Of a stretch of DNA of 64,000 bases, positions 11,040 to 24,654 are shown piece by piece. A program made the translations under genes and the position numbers. Source of the DNA: Octopus sinensis (Eukaryota). A model generated the notes under the pieces. That model worked only from the letters and a program-made list of their open reading frames with translations. It was not told where the DNA came from and searched no databases. Numbering within the stretch: position 1 is the first letter of the stretch; each line of letters starts with the position of its first letter. Location of the stretch: positions 19,220,001 through 19,284,000 of the forward strand of contig NC_043002.1 of NCBI RefSeq assembly GCF_006345805.1. The letters run 5' to 3'.

Positions 11040-12765
11040 GATTTTATACAACTGTCGTGATAACTTCAATGTTTGCATCCCTTCTTGGTCATCGTATTCA
11101 TCCGAAATTAATGTCATCAATGCAATGCTCTTCAAATCTCTGCATCACTTAGCTTCATCTCTTATATGTATCTCTGGCCAGAACACAGATACTCTAAACA
11201 TTCTTAAATTCTTTCTCACCGCTAAACCTGTTGCTGACCAAACCATCACCTCAGACCACTGCTTTACTACGATTATTCACCACACAACGACATACAATGC
11301 AACGCCCATTCCTCCAAGACCGTAGGACACTTCAAGTCATTTGAATGACTGAATCTATTCCTAATCCAAGCGAGATATCACTGGCAGCACATGTGTTTTG
11401 TGTTTCCATATGACCTGTCAGAGACAGCTTAGCACAAAATCCCCACCCAACACAATCAACACACATTGCTCCACCAGAGCTCAGTCAAGGAATACAGCCT
11501 GCAACACTTGAAAAATACATCTACTCTTAAAATCAGACGGTTTACACCTAGCACCAAGGTGAAGAGCTAGCAGAAACGTTAGCACGCCGAGCGAAATGCC
11601 TAGCGGTATGTCGTCTTTCTTTACGTTTTGAGTTCAAATTCTGCCGAGGTCGACTTTGCTTTTCATCCTTTCGAAGTCGATAAATCAAGTACCAGTTGCG
11701 TACTAGGGTAGATCTAATCGACTGGCCCCTTCCCCCAAAATTTCGGGGCTTATGCCTAGAGTAGAAAATGTTTATACCTAGCGCCGTAATACCTGCAAAG
11801 CTACCGTTCAAAACACGAAAGATATCTCCGTACATAACACAACCTGCAAACATCGTCGCGTACCAAACTGTAACCGATACCTGTGATCCATTGCCAAAAG
11901 GATCACATGCAGCATTGCTCAATCATCTTACCCTTCACTTCACAGCCATGATGTTTCTGTAAGTAATAATACTGCGAAGGAAGCCCCCACAATTGTACTC
12001 ATTTGATAAATACCCTAGAAATATATCTTTCCAGTCCACCACGGTCATTACCATGTACACATACGCGCCAAGTGAAAAGGACCACTGGTTACTTCAAACC
12101 ACCACCACGTCTACCCCTGATATTTTTCCTTCTGTTACTCTCATATAAAACACTCGCCAAATTAATGTTTTCTCTCTACAAAATGGGACACTCTACAATG
12201 TCCCTAATTTTAACCCTACCATTTCTCGATCTCATTTAATTACTTTAAGCGAACCCTGTATTGCATGAAGAATGATCTTGAAAACATTTTCCTATAAGGA
12301 CATGAAGTACTTCAAACGCCAACAAAAATTAATCCTCTGCAAAACTCAAGTGAGATACAGAATAAAGACCTGTTCTTGCAGCTCATGCGGTGCTACTGCT
12401 ACATGTACCTACACCCTAGACTACATTAATGAAGCTGGCCACTCAACTGCTGAACATGAAATCTCTTGCTAACATATCCAACCTCCGGCCCACAGACATA
12501 TATCTCTTCCCTTTGAATTTTTACTATCGCTATTAGAATGGCTCTTATTCCTTGGAGTCGGAAGGCGCATCGTGCCACCTTCCCTCAAGCATTACTGACT
12601 CACCCGACTATACTTGCCTCGTCCTCCATATTTTGTCTTCAAAGGCTCTGCATTTTCCACTATGCACAGTTCTTACTCCCAGAACGCCAACCATTTGGAA
12701 TTTCCCACTGCGCCATACTTTTCCTGCAGTAATCAACATTCAACTATAAAATAAAAACATCTCGA
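11040..12765 (+). mobile_element. Highly degenerate CR1/Jockey-group LINE remnant
   Basis: LILCKTQVRYRI (LYKxxVRPxLEY-like) near 12330, and RTPTIWNFP..HTFPAVINIQL (RTxxLWNxLP-like) near 12680-12749. Confidence 0.5.
11557..11768 (+). mobile_element. SINE family A monomer
   Basis: Same head and central domain as the copy at 573. Confidence 0.85.
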
Positions 12766-13227
12766 TCTTACTCGTCTCGTGAGATCCTCTTCCAGATCAA
12801 ACCAATGAAATACAAGATCAGAAAAGAAACGTAATTCGAAGCATTTTGTAATATTTCCCAATTATATGTCAAGACACATGATAAATCAAGAACAAATGTT
12901 AAAATGCAATTGCGAATTTCAATAAAACGATTAACGGTTCCAGCTGGTGCCTGCGATCTTCACCATTACAGTGGTATCTGAAAATTACTTATTTCATTTT
13001 TTAGATCTGAACTTAGAAGTCATCTTCAAGATCATAAGGTAAGTAAAACTGTAGTATGCTATATCACATTATTTAAATTTACATTACTATATAGTAATTT
13101 AAGATAATTATAGACCTAAAAAGACTCGTTTTGACATTATTTCTTATAATTATATTTTGATTTTTTCTTTTCTCTTTGCTAGAATTTCAAATAAAAGATA
13201 ATCTTTAGATGTCATAAGCATTAGGTA

Positions 13228-13427
13228 TGATAGCACGCTGGGCAAATGCTTAGTGGCATTTCGTCCGTCTTTACGTTCTGAGTTCAAATTCCGTCTGGGA
13301 CGACTTAACCTTTAATCCTTTCGGGATCGATAAAATAAGTATCAGTTGAGACCTGGGGTCAATGTAATCGACTTACTTCCTCCCCTCCTCCGAACTTGCT
13401 GGCCATGTGCCAAAATTTGAGACCAGT
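13228..13427 (+). mobile_element. SINE family A degenerate monomer
   Basis: TAGCACGCTGGGCAAATGC...GAGTTCAAATTCC...CCTTTCGGGATCGATAAA. Confidence 0.8.
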
Positions 13428-13443
13428 ACACATACACACATAT

Positions 13444-13482
<39 letters not shown>

Positions 13483-13648
13483 CATACATATATATATATA
13501 CATACATACATACATATATACATACATATATACATACATATATACATACATACATACATATATATATATACATACATATATACATACATATATACATACA
13601 TACATATATACATACATATATACATACATATATATATATATATATATG
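13428..13648. repeat. (TACA/TA)n microsatellite
   Basis: Directly visible. Confidence 0.95.
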
Positions 13649-13650
13649 TT

Positions 13651-16600
13651 AAAGTATGAAGAAAAATAAGCGAAAATACACATAGGAAATCAAAAAAAGT
13701 AAAGGCTTTTTTATGAAAAGCAACGATAGATATATGCAATTAATGAACTGAGGTAGGAATAAAAGTAATAAAAGTCATTATTATGAATTGTTAAAGAGAT
13801 TCAAAAGCATACCGGTTTCGTGAACATTTCCATGTGTAGTTTCTGTTTTCTTTTTGTAACATATTTCTATTGTATTTCACTACACGTGGGATTGAAAATG
13901 CCACAAACACCAAACTCTACAGTTAAAACTCTCAACGAAGAGACTCTTAAGGAACTGAAAGAGATCAACACGAATTTGAGACTTTTAATTAGCAAGATCG
14001 ATGAACTCACTCGCTTTACTCAAGAAGCAAAAGAAAAAGAAGAGAAAGAACAATCTCTGCAACAGCTCAATCAACATTTGTCCGAATTCTGCACCACTCT
14101 TCATTCTTTACCTCCAAATAATTATTTAAATGAAGATCCTCCTACAGATGATACACAAGATAGAACCCCATTCACGCTTACACTGTCTATTACAAACCGC
14201 ATTATACGCATATGGAATGAAAAGCTTAAAGCCAGAAAATTTTCTTTCTGGAATATGATTAAAAACAACCACAAGGCAGAAATTTATGAACGGTGGTTAA
14301 ATTCTACACCAATAATTTTGCCTCATAAATTCCAAATTAAACGCATTTCAAACGAACAGGACCAACAAAGACAATTAAGGGAGAAACTAACACTGGAAAA
14401 AATTAAGACAGAAATAGAACTCCTTAAGCTTAGAGCGCTAAGCAATGAACAGAAATTTAAAAACCTAGATGAGGAAATCTACAACAAATTAAAGGAACAT
14501 TTAGATGGTCATCGCTTGGAAAGTGTTTTTAAACTTGCGAAGCTGAAGAAACCAATTCCCTACAACGCTGGGAAAGACAAGCCAATTTATTTATTAACTA
14601 CGAAACACAGTTTAACATAGAAAACGCATCTGATAACTCCTTCTAGAAGAAAAATAGACCAAAAACATACACAGAAATGACCCCACACTTATCTAACACA
14701 AACCACAGACGATCTAGGGGACACAACTCCATCGACCTGACCTCTCTTACACCCCAAAATAACTTTCAAACAACAATCAGGAATTCAGTCCACAATAGAA
14801 AATCTAGACGTAATCCTCAAGGCATCCTACATACAAATCAAAGGTTCCATCGAAACCTCCAGACTAACCTAAACTTTTGGGAAGCAATACCTACCAATCT
14901 ACCCCCATCATCTCAGAGTCAATGGAAGAATTTACGTCCGAGACTTAACTCTCAACATGGTTACTTCAATCATTCAACTAGACACAACCTAACTAGACAA
15001 CATAACTTCTCCTTCCACCCACATTTCAATATCAAAAATAAATTTAACCCAAACCACATCAACCATAGTCAATATAACAACCCTCAGTACAACCATAATC
15101 TAGTCCGCTATACAGTCACGCCACCACAAGCATACTACCACAGACACACTTTACACCCATTTTCTCCCCAGCAAACCAAACACAATACAGATTTTCCACA
15201 ACAATCCACCTACTACAACCAAAATCAGAGAAACAGAGATGTGAAATGGAACAAAATGTTCAAGAACAACCGAAAATAATCAACTTATCAAAGAAAAAGT
15301 ATTACACAAACTAAAATTCTAGCAAGAGGTTTAAAGTTTACTCCAACCCCTCGCAGATCGAACCCGAATGAAATTAAGGATAACACTATGGATTTCTGCC
15401 GAAATTACGCCTCACAGAAGCACTTCACAACTACACCTGCGAAGATGACTCAGTAGTAAAAAAACAAAAGTGAATACTGTCCTACAAAAGGCAGAAATAA
15501 AGTACCTGATGCTTTTTGTGAACACAGTACCCTGCTTGTGAAACCCACCGTTTGAGCAACTTCCTCGACATCTTACTCAAACCGTTTCTAAAATATGTGA
15601 AAAGCTTCATCAGGGATGACTTAGACATGCTAAACCACCTCCCGAAGACAATAAATGAAGGAACCCTGTCAGTATCATTCGATGTGGTAAATTTGTACAC
15701 CAATATCCCACAAAATTATGGTATAGAAGCGATCAGCTCCTAGCTAGAAAAATACCCAGAAGAGATCCCAGGACGCATTAACCACAGATTCATAATCGAA
15801 GCACTCAAATTCAGCCTACTGAACAACTATTTCATGTTCGATACAGTTTACTATCGACAAAAATGTAGAATTGCAATGGGAACCCGAGCTGCTTCAGTGA
15901 TTGCGAACCTTGTAATGGGTTACCTAGAGCTTAAAATATATCAATCATCACTACAAAAATATAGCACTTCATTTCATTGCTATTTAAAGGAGAACTGGAA
16001 GAGGTATTTGGACGATTGCTTTATACTTTGGAAAGATAGCATGAACAAACTCCTCGATTTCAAAACAATGCTTAACAATATTAATAGCAACATACAATTC
16101 ACCATGGAGCACAGCAGTAAACAACTCCCTTTTCTTGACATCCTAATTAAAATAGTCAATAACCACATCGAAACAGACATCTTCTATAAACCCACAGATT
16201 CTAAACAATACCTATTATTCAACTCATGCCTCCCCAAACACATAAAAATTAATATACCTTATAATCTAGCAAAAAGAATATGTACTATAGCTTCGGACAC
16301 CTATACTCAGGAATGAAGACTCCTTGAACTCAGATCAATACTAATCAAAAGACATTACCCAATATCATTAATAAATGATGGCATTAAACGAGCTATGGAA
16401 ATAGATATACGAACATTAAGGGAAATCAACCGAAATACCAAACCAGACTTAAAAATACTCCCATACATCTCCACACATAACCCTAGAAACAATGTAGCCT
16501 TCAACATTATCATCCAAAATCTTCCCATCCTCACAGGAGATAAAACAATGAACAAAATTTTAGGCTCACACAAAATTATCAAGAGCAAAATGCAACCTAA

Positions 16601-17541
16601 ATCATTGAAAAAAATATTAACCAGCACAAGACTATATCCATTAACAACAGAACCAAAAGTGAAAAAATGTGGTCGACCTAACTGTGGTACATGCCCCCAC
16701 TTTTTGAGGGTTCAGAATTCCACTTTAAACAAGCTGAAATATTTAAGAACAAATCAAATTTCGCCTGTGCCTTGGAAAATTCAATCTATGCCATTACATG
16801 CTTAGGGTGTGGTAATAACTACATTGGCCAAACAGGAATATCACTCCGTCAAAGAACCACTCTCTACAAAGAACAAATCCGCCACCCACAATACAGACAG
16901 ATACAGGTTAGTGAACACATAGAAAGGTGTTCTAGGAATCTTAACCATAATTTCCTAATTTTCCCCTTCTATCAATGTTCACAGAACACCTCAGTACAAG
17001 AAAGAATGAATAAAGAGGCAACTTTCATCAATAAATATTTTCCACAACTCAATATGAACACATAACATAATACAGAACGCTACTAACCTTTCAATTAATA
17101 CCACTAACCCCCATACATTCCATACACCATTCACATTACAGATTTATATCTACCCTAATTGCACCAAATCCAGAACTACTTACCTCCCTTACATATAATC
17201 GTTTCACTCAGGGACTAGCAGACCTGACACAGTTCATTAATCGGTGTGCATTCAAAGTAATGATTAGTAAATTCACGAAACCGGTATGCTTTTGAATATC
17301 TTTAACAATTCACAATAATGACTTTTATTAGTTTTATTCCTACCTCAGTTCATCTAATTGTATATATCTATCGTTACTTTTCATAAAAAGGCCTTTACTT
17401 TTTTTGATTTCCAAAGTGCATTTTCGCCTATTTTTCTTCTAACTTTCCCCTTACATTTCCACGTGTACTTTCTATTTTCTTTTTGTAATATATTTCTATT
17501 ATATACATCGTATGATCGTATTAGATTTCTCTTTCATCTGG
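13651..17541 (+). mobile_element. Penelope-like retroelement (Neptune-type), disrupted ORF, inverted terminal repeats
   Basis: RT motifs SFDVVNLYTNIP, AMGT, WKRYLDDCF, LPFLDILI; CGRPNCGTC linker; GIY-YIG domain SIYAITCLGCGNNYIGQT...RMNKEATFI (16691-17065). 13651-13824 is the reverse complement of ~17272-17446. Confidence 0.92.
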
Positions 17542-17602
17542 CTCATATATATATATATATATATATAGATAACAAAGTTGGTTTGTGAAAGCACGTGGTT
17601 GA

Positions 17603-17979
17603 ATATATAGAAAATAGTAAAAAGTGAAAAAACTACAGAAGGCTTAAATGTTAAAAAATATATATTTGCGTCAATATGTCTGAAGAATATTAAAAAAATT
17701 TTTGAAGAATATTAAAAAAAATTTTTTTCTCTTATAATGACATAATTTAGAAGAAAGATCGGTTTCGCGTTTAGCTTTTCAAATTTCTTGCGAGAAATTT
17801 CGCAAGAAATTTGAAAAGCTAAACGCGAAACCGATCTTTCTTCTAAATTATGTCATTATAAGAGAAAAAAAACTTTTTTAATATTCTTCAAAAATTTTTT
17901 TAATATTCTTCAGACATATTGACGCAAATATATATTTTTTAACATTTAAGCCTTCAGTAGATTTTCACTTTTTACTATT

Positions 17980-17990
<11 letters not shown>
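17603..17990. repeat. Near-perfect ~390-bp palindrome
   Basis: Arms of ~190 bp pair almost perfectly around a ~6-nt centre at ~17793-17798. Flanked by (TA)n. Confidence 0.95.
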
Positions 17991-18038
<48 letters not shown>

Positions 18039-18291
18039 TATTTAATTAGAGGTTGTTAACTTCATGAAGGGATGGTTTCGTCCAAGGAAATACTGGTTCA
18101 ATACCAAGTATTTTGGAGGAATGAATTTTATTAAAATAATAGCTATATATAAAAACGTATAGTTTATATTCATTCAAAAGAAGAAAATGGATATTGGGAA
18201 GTTAATATTTGTTTATTATTAACGCCAAATTAGTCATCTTCACTTACAGAAGCGGTTGTAAGTGAAGATGACCAATTAAATTTTATATATA

Positions 18292-19583
18292 CGAGGGGCG
18301 TTCAATAAGTAATGCCTCTGACCCACTTCCTATAGCAGTAGAGCAACGAAACCTGGCACAGTTATTAGACTTTGTCTACATAGGAAACACCCAGAGTTAC
18401 GCATTTCTCCCTTAGTTTGATGCAGCTCTGGATACCGTTTTTGTAGAAGACCCCAGCTTGGTCCTCCAACCACGACGTGACTTCAGAAATCAAGGCTGCA
18501 TCATCTGGGAAATGCTTTCCTTTCAAAAACAACTTCATGGCTAGGAAGAGGTGAAAATCAGAGGGTGCAAGGTCAGGAGAGTAGGGGGGATGGGGGTGGA
18601 GTTCATAGCCGCACGCCTGTGCTTCTGATCTGGCGACAAGCGAGTTGTGGACCGGAGCGTTGTCCTGCAGGAGGAGGATGCCTTTGCTGACCTTGCCCCG
18701 CCTCTTGATTTTGATAGCTTCTCTTAAATTCCTCAAAAGTGAAGCATAATAGGCTCCTGTAATTGTGGTACCTTTTGCCAGGAAATCTGTCATCACTACT
18801 CCGTCCTGGTCCCAGAAGACTGTGAGCATGGCCTTGCCTGCGGAGGGCTGCACCCTTGCCTTCTTTGGAGGAGGTGAGTCACGGTGCTTCCACTGCATTG
18901 ACTGGTCTTTGGTCTCTGGATCATAATGATGGACCCAGGTTTCATCCTGTGTAATCAGTCTTTTGAAAAATTTTGACTCATCTTCTTGGCACATCTCCAA
19001 ATTCATCCTCGTGCACTCGACGCGTACTTGCTTCTGGAAAGGTGTGAGCAGCCTGGAAATCCATCTTGCAGACACCTTTTGCATATCCAAATGGTCATGA
19101 ATGATAGTTTCCACAGACCCGGTACCAATCTTGACCTCATGGGCTATTTGGCGAATAGTTATGCGTCGATCTTCCAAAATGGCAGCCTCAACTTGACAGA
19201 CAGATGCCTCATTAATGGCAGAAGGGGGCGAACAGATCTGGGAGCTGTTTCCACAGAGTTCCGACCATGTTTGAATTCACGATGCCAGCGTTTTACAAGG
19301 TCATATGATGGGGCATCATCACCATAAGTTACTTTCATTTCATCAAAAGTCTTCCGTGGTGTGCGTCCTTTCAAATACAAAAACCGGATCACTGCTCGAC
19401 ATTCAACAGGCTCCATTTCATACTTGACTCAGTTCAAACACCTGTAAATCAGAAATCGCAATTAGTCCAGAGCTGTAATTTGCCACTTAATCTATAGAGA
19501 TATAAATAATTGCACATGCAAAATTCCAGCTAGATCAAATAATTGCAAGTGGGTCAGGAGCATTACTTATTGAACGTCCCTCG
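18292..19583 (-). mobile_element. Full-length mariner transposon, single frameshift
   Basis: TA-flanked TIRs CGAGGGGCGTTCAATAAGTAATGC / GCATTACTTATTGAACGTCCCTCG, 1292 bp in total. Confidence 0.95.
18365..19416 (-). pseudogene. Mariner DD34D transposase (two ORFs joined by a frameshift near 19160-19225)
   Basis: HTH N-terminus (RAVIRFLYLKG...VKRWHREFK), QDETWVHHYDP, LQDNAPVH, HPPYSPDLAPSDFHLF. Confidence 0.92.
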
Positions 19584-20529
19584 TACATATAATCCAGATG
19601 AAAGAGAAATCTAATACGATCATCATCTAACAGTTAAATGTAACAACAAACTATCTGAAGGAAAAGAAGCATGCTGATCAATCAGGTTAATATATATAAA
19701 ATAGATATATCTGAGAAAACATAACTGGATTTCTCAGCAGGACAACTAAACTTAAGCTGTGGCATGTAGCTATATATCATCGAGATCCCGCTGTAAAACG
19801 GCTTTTCTTGGCGAGTGAAATTATATTTCTGTTCTGAAAACACAAAGATGATAAGTAATGTGGGGTTTTAAACGTTTTCATTAAACTGCCGTTAACTAAA
19901 TAGTCTCCAACATACTAGGGTGTGTTTATTGCTTTATATTACTAATTTGGAACTTCAGCGTGGCCGCATGCGCAAAAGAGGAGATTTGTCTCCAAACCAA
20001 GCTTTGAAAATCTTCTTTGTTCGGATGGCATATTTAACTTCCTGGTTAAACCAGGGTCATCCAGCGTCACACAGAGCCGTCTTCGTCCACAACATGTAAT
20101 TATAAAAGAACCGTAAGTAGGATTCTTTAGTCTGTGCCAACTGGCAGAAAACCTAGGGGTAAGCCAAGAACGAAACGGTTGGATAATATCCATATTCTCA
20201 GTTGGTCATGCATGTGAATTCAACCGGAAAATGTAATGACAGCCGTCTGACAAGACTCTGGAAGCGGTGCTTGGGGACTCTACCCTCACGAACCATTCTC
20301 CGCGGAGAAATATATGAATGGATGGAACTTGAGCGTTCTACAGCTTTTCTGAAAGTCTTTGGCCACGTTGTAATGGTAACCATGACTTGATACCTTTTAT
20401 TAGTAGCAGTTACAATAAATTTGTACCGCAATAAATTTATCTCTGTTGGTAGTCTTCGAGATGTCGTTAAACTAGTTCTGTTCACACAGTCCCTTTAACG
20501 GCTCGTGATCATTCTAAAATTATGATTGG

Positions 20530-22770
20530 CCCTCTCATGGCTATTTTGACGGCACAACTTCATATTTTTTGACCAACCGACTCTGTCTTTTTGGTTTGTG
20601 AAAGTGAAGGAACAATTTGCAATCTGGTATATTACTAGGGAAGAGGAAATTTGCCTATTTTATTGCAAACCAATTTGAATACTAGTGGAGTTGGCTAATA
20701 AGTTCTTGAAAGGATTACAACAAGCGTCGAGGCAGCCAAGTTGACTTCTAAGTTTCTCTGACTTATTTTACAATTTCCCTGACTTGCTTTACAAAATAGC
20801 TGACTTAACAACTAGTATTCAAAATCTATAACAACTTTGAGCACATAACGCCACCTAACATTTATCAAATTTTCCCCCTTTGGTACCATAAGAAATTTAG
20901 TAATCAAGCTAAAGAGTGCAATCATACATGTACATCACTAATGACGATACATGACAGGAACAAGGAACAAATTGCCAATTTCATTTCACCGAAATCTGTT
21001 CAGAGATAAGCTTCATTTTGTTAACCAAAGAAACTAGACTCCTACTTTAAATATATAGGTCGTCAACAGAAGCTCAATCATAATTTTCAGTAGATTTCTC
21101 ATAACGCTAGATTTAGGACTCCGCCAATTTTTCCGCTGGATTGGTTTTAATAAACAATTATGAAGACAACCCTAAAATTATATTAAGCAAAATTAATTAA
21201 ATATTGACTACAATGAAGTGAACTCGATTTTTAACAATATTGTGGTAACTCCGAACATGCCTTGGTTTTAATTAGACCTTATCAGCGATTATCTGATAAC
21301 TAGAGAAATAATTTTTATAAATGAACAGTGAGTACTATAATAACTTAAAAGATAGTGTGTAGAGAGCTTAATGCCAGCTAATATAACTATTAGCACGTAT
21401 AACAAATGTCTTAGGTGCCAACGTACTATGATCTACTGCCGTACAAACACTGTACTACATTTTCTTCCACCAACAACTGACTTTCAATACTGTGATTCAG
21501 ATTCACCTTTTTCTTTGAAAGAATATCACTATTTTTTCAAAGTTAGCCAATTGGCTCACACGTTCGTCTAAAATTATTCTGATGCCTGAGACTACTGAGA
21601 AATAGTTTCATCGTTAGCGTATTTCATGGCATAAAAGACACACAGGTATATAAGACGCGCCTCAATTTTAGCAGTGCATATTAAGGAAAAAAAGTTCTTA
21701 CTACACTAGAGCATGTAATATAGACCCAACTTTGCATATAGGACCCGGGGTGGTTTTTGAGACATTTGGGGGCGGACGTGCATCTAATATGCCATAATAT
21801 ACAGTGTTTGCTACGTGTTGGATTTCTCGTTTCAATGTGCTATCAACTACAACTGTGGAAGCACTCCGTCGGTTACGACGACGAGGGTTCCGGTTGATCC
21901 GAATCAACGGAACAGCCTGCTCGTGAAATTAACGTGTAAGTGGCTGAGCACTCCACAGACACGTGTACCGTTAACGTAGTTCTCGGGGATATTCAGCGTG
22001 ACACAGAGAGTGACAAGGCCGGCCCTTTGAAATACAGGTACAACAGAAACAGGAAGAAAGTTGTGGTGAAAGAGTACAGCAGGGATCACCACCATCCCCT
22101 GCCGGAGCCTCGTGGAGCTTTAGGTGTTTTCGCTCAATAAACACTCACAACGCCCGGTCTGGGAATCGAAACCGCGATCCTATGACCGCGAGTCTGCTGC
22201 CCTAACCACTGGGCCATTGCGCCTCCACCTACAACTACAGAGTGTGGTACCTAATATGAATCTACACCTTGCAGTATTCTTAGGTTGTAAATTCACGCTA
22301 ACAACCTATCGTAATACCACCAATGATTTTATTAGATATTTTAATCACCAACACAGAGCTCTTCCTAAATCTGCCAAAACCCAACGAAATAGATTATATC
22401 ACTGCTATTAATTTTGCTTGTTATTCGCACTGCCATTTTAGCTTTTACATCAGAACTGGTTTGCGACACCAACCTGTCCTCCAGGTAAAAGTTTTATATC
22501 TGACACCAAAATTAATTAAACTGACCAGACCAGCTACGTATTCCAGCAAGTGGAATATACGTCAAATGCGACAGGCTGAACCACAAAAGACGTCACAGAA
22601 GCTCTGCACCAACAGGACCTTGCTAAATGTTCCTGAGTTTTTACCTTAAAACAACTACCATAACAGTATCCGTACGCCAGACCAATCAAAGTACTCAAGC
22701 ATACAAATTAAAAACTGTGGACTTATTCATCTGCTATGATACCGTTTCTCTGGTCACTGGCAAAACACTT
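20530..22770 (+). mobile_element. Very degenerate Gypsy gag/pro/integrase remnants
   Basis: Broken frames resemble FWPxDxxxWFxxVExQF (gag start), WYHKKFSNQAKECNHTC (gag end), TLDLGLRQFFRW (protease region) and YLFIC..RFS (integrase). Confidence 0.45.
21855..22228 (-). mobile_element. SINE family C full copy
   Basis: Near-identical to 8596-8984. 8-bp TSD CTACAACT. Confidence 0.92.
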
Positions 22771-23223
22771 CGTTTCGGAAGACAGATACGCTTTCATGCG
22801 TAGCTATGTTGCAATGTTGTAGTCAACTGCGATGCGATCACTTTCCAGATCGCTCTTATTGATAGGCAGGATTATATTTTTCTTATTAAAGTTCAAGAAA
22901 AAAGCAATTATGTTATTAGTGTATTGATTTCACTGCCTTTAATTTAATTGTTACAAAACAATTTAGTGACTAGTTGACTGAATATTGCTTTACATTTGTA
23001 ACTAACCTCTAATTACTTCTACTTATTTTTTAGCATTTCTGGCGACACGCTGTACATAACACACATCTTGATTCATTTCTCATAAGCTGAAATTGGTCAT
23101 GTCCATGCAAAGTAGTCACATAATACATCTTTTTTGTAAATATTAGAAGCAAATATGAGGTACGGTTCCGTTGCGACATTTTAAATGATATACTGAATTT
23201 AATCGACTATACACGTCTCCTTA

Positions 23224-23703
23224 TCATCATCATCATTGTTCGACCGTGGTCGAGACAATGGAATTTACCATGCTACGCCAGACTTCGCGGTCCATCATGG
23301 CATTACGGAGGTCCTGTTGCTGGATGCCTGTATCCCTGGAGATTACATCAGGGTAGGAGAGTGTGCGCCCTCTGGTATTGCGAGTAGATGGCTTCCAGAG
23401 GAGAAGAGTAGAAATTACCTCTTTTTCAGCTCTACAACAATGTCCAGCAAACTGAACTCTCTTACCTTTCACAAGAGATGACACAGACGGTAGTTTCCCA
23501 TATATTTGCATTTTGGTTGGATGCCGCTTCCACGAGAGATTTTGAGCTCTCATAAGGAGGCGAGTGTAGGTTCCATCCAACCGCCTCTCAAGCTTCTTTG
23601 ATAACGTCCAGGTTTCTGAGCCATATAGTAGAATTGGTTCGACTGTGGCTTTGAAGATTTCAAGTTTGAAGTCTCTACTTAGATTTGATCACCAGATCTT
23701 ATG
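23224..23703 (-). mobile_element. 5'-truncated RTE LINE
   Basis: ILLYGSETWTLSK...LDGTYTRLLMRAQNLSWK...QFAGHCCR C-terminus, (GAT)n tail, 12-bp TSD CACGTCTCCTTA (23212-23223 and 23704-23715). Confidence 0.9.
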
Positions 23704-24439
23704 CACGTCTCCTTAAAGCATGTTCTGAGTTCAAATTCCGTCAAGTCGAATTTTACTTTTCATCCTTCTGAGCTTGATAAAATAAAGTACCAGTCAGAAA
23801 TAAGTGTCGATATAATCAGCAATATTTCGCTCCTAAAATGTGTAACTTTGTCCTTCCTGTAGTACTATCGATAACTTTTCTTTCCGTTTAAAGAGAGATG
23901 CAGAGTTTGATTCTTATAGGAATTCGTTGAAACACTTATTATGATGATTCTGAGTTCAAATTCTACCAACTGTTGTGAAGACCATCTGAATTGTAAGAAA
24001 AGATACAACCATATTAAAAAAACGATTCCGTTATCTGTACAGCAAACAAGTATACTAAACATGTCTTTTCTAGTGTAAGAAGTAAACCACACTTTATAAC
24101 ACCAGTAAAATTTAAACCAGTTGACAGCTGTGTAAGTTACGTAGGTGAAACAATAATAGATGTGAGGATTGTAAAATATAACACACGTGTTCTAAGAAAC
24201 AAAGCTAATCGTCAACACTCTAACTCGGTTGAAATTGTTATAATTACAATGAAGTCAATGCAGCTAAGTAATAAAGGGAAAATAATGAAGCATACATTCA
24301 TATTCTTATCACAATTTGTCAGATTCGTTCAATATATTTTCATTTACTTATTTTTAAAGCTTTATGGGTACATAAGTAAAGAATACGTGCGCAAACGCGC
24401 GCGCACACAGACTCACGCACACGCACACACATATATGAT

Positions 24440-24613
24440 TGATCGTTAGCCACTACACACATTTTTTCTCTCCTTGTTTTTTCTATGTCCCTTTCTGTAG
24501 AAGAGCGTAGGCTCGAAACATAAAAGACTTTTTCTATTCCTGAGCGTTATACTAATACATCTGCTTGTTTTGTACACCACCTGTTTTCGTCTTTTGTTTT
24601 TTTCGCAAACTCT

Positions 24614-24616
<3 letters not shown>
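24440..24616 (+). mobile_element. Penelope pLTR-like fragment with a degenerate hammerhead motif
   Basis: CTGTAGAA-GAGC-GTAG-GCTC-GAAAC at 24495-24519, followed by a T-rich tail ending in (TA)n. Confidence 0.55.

Positions 24617-24648
<32 letters not shown>

Positions 24649-24654
<6 letters not shown>

Noticed and set aside
13342-13739. Many YI/CM/HT-rich ORFs (also 32363-32936 and 46094-46492)
   Set aside because: Artefacts of micro- and minisatellites.
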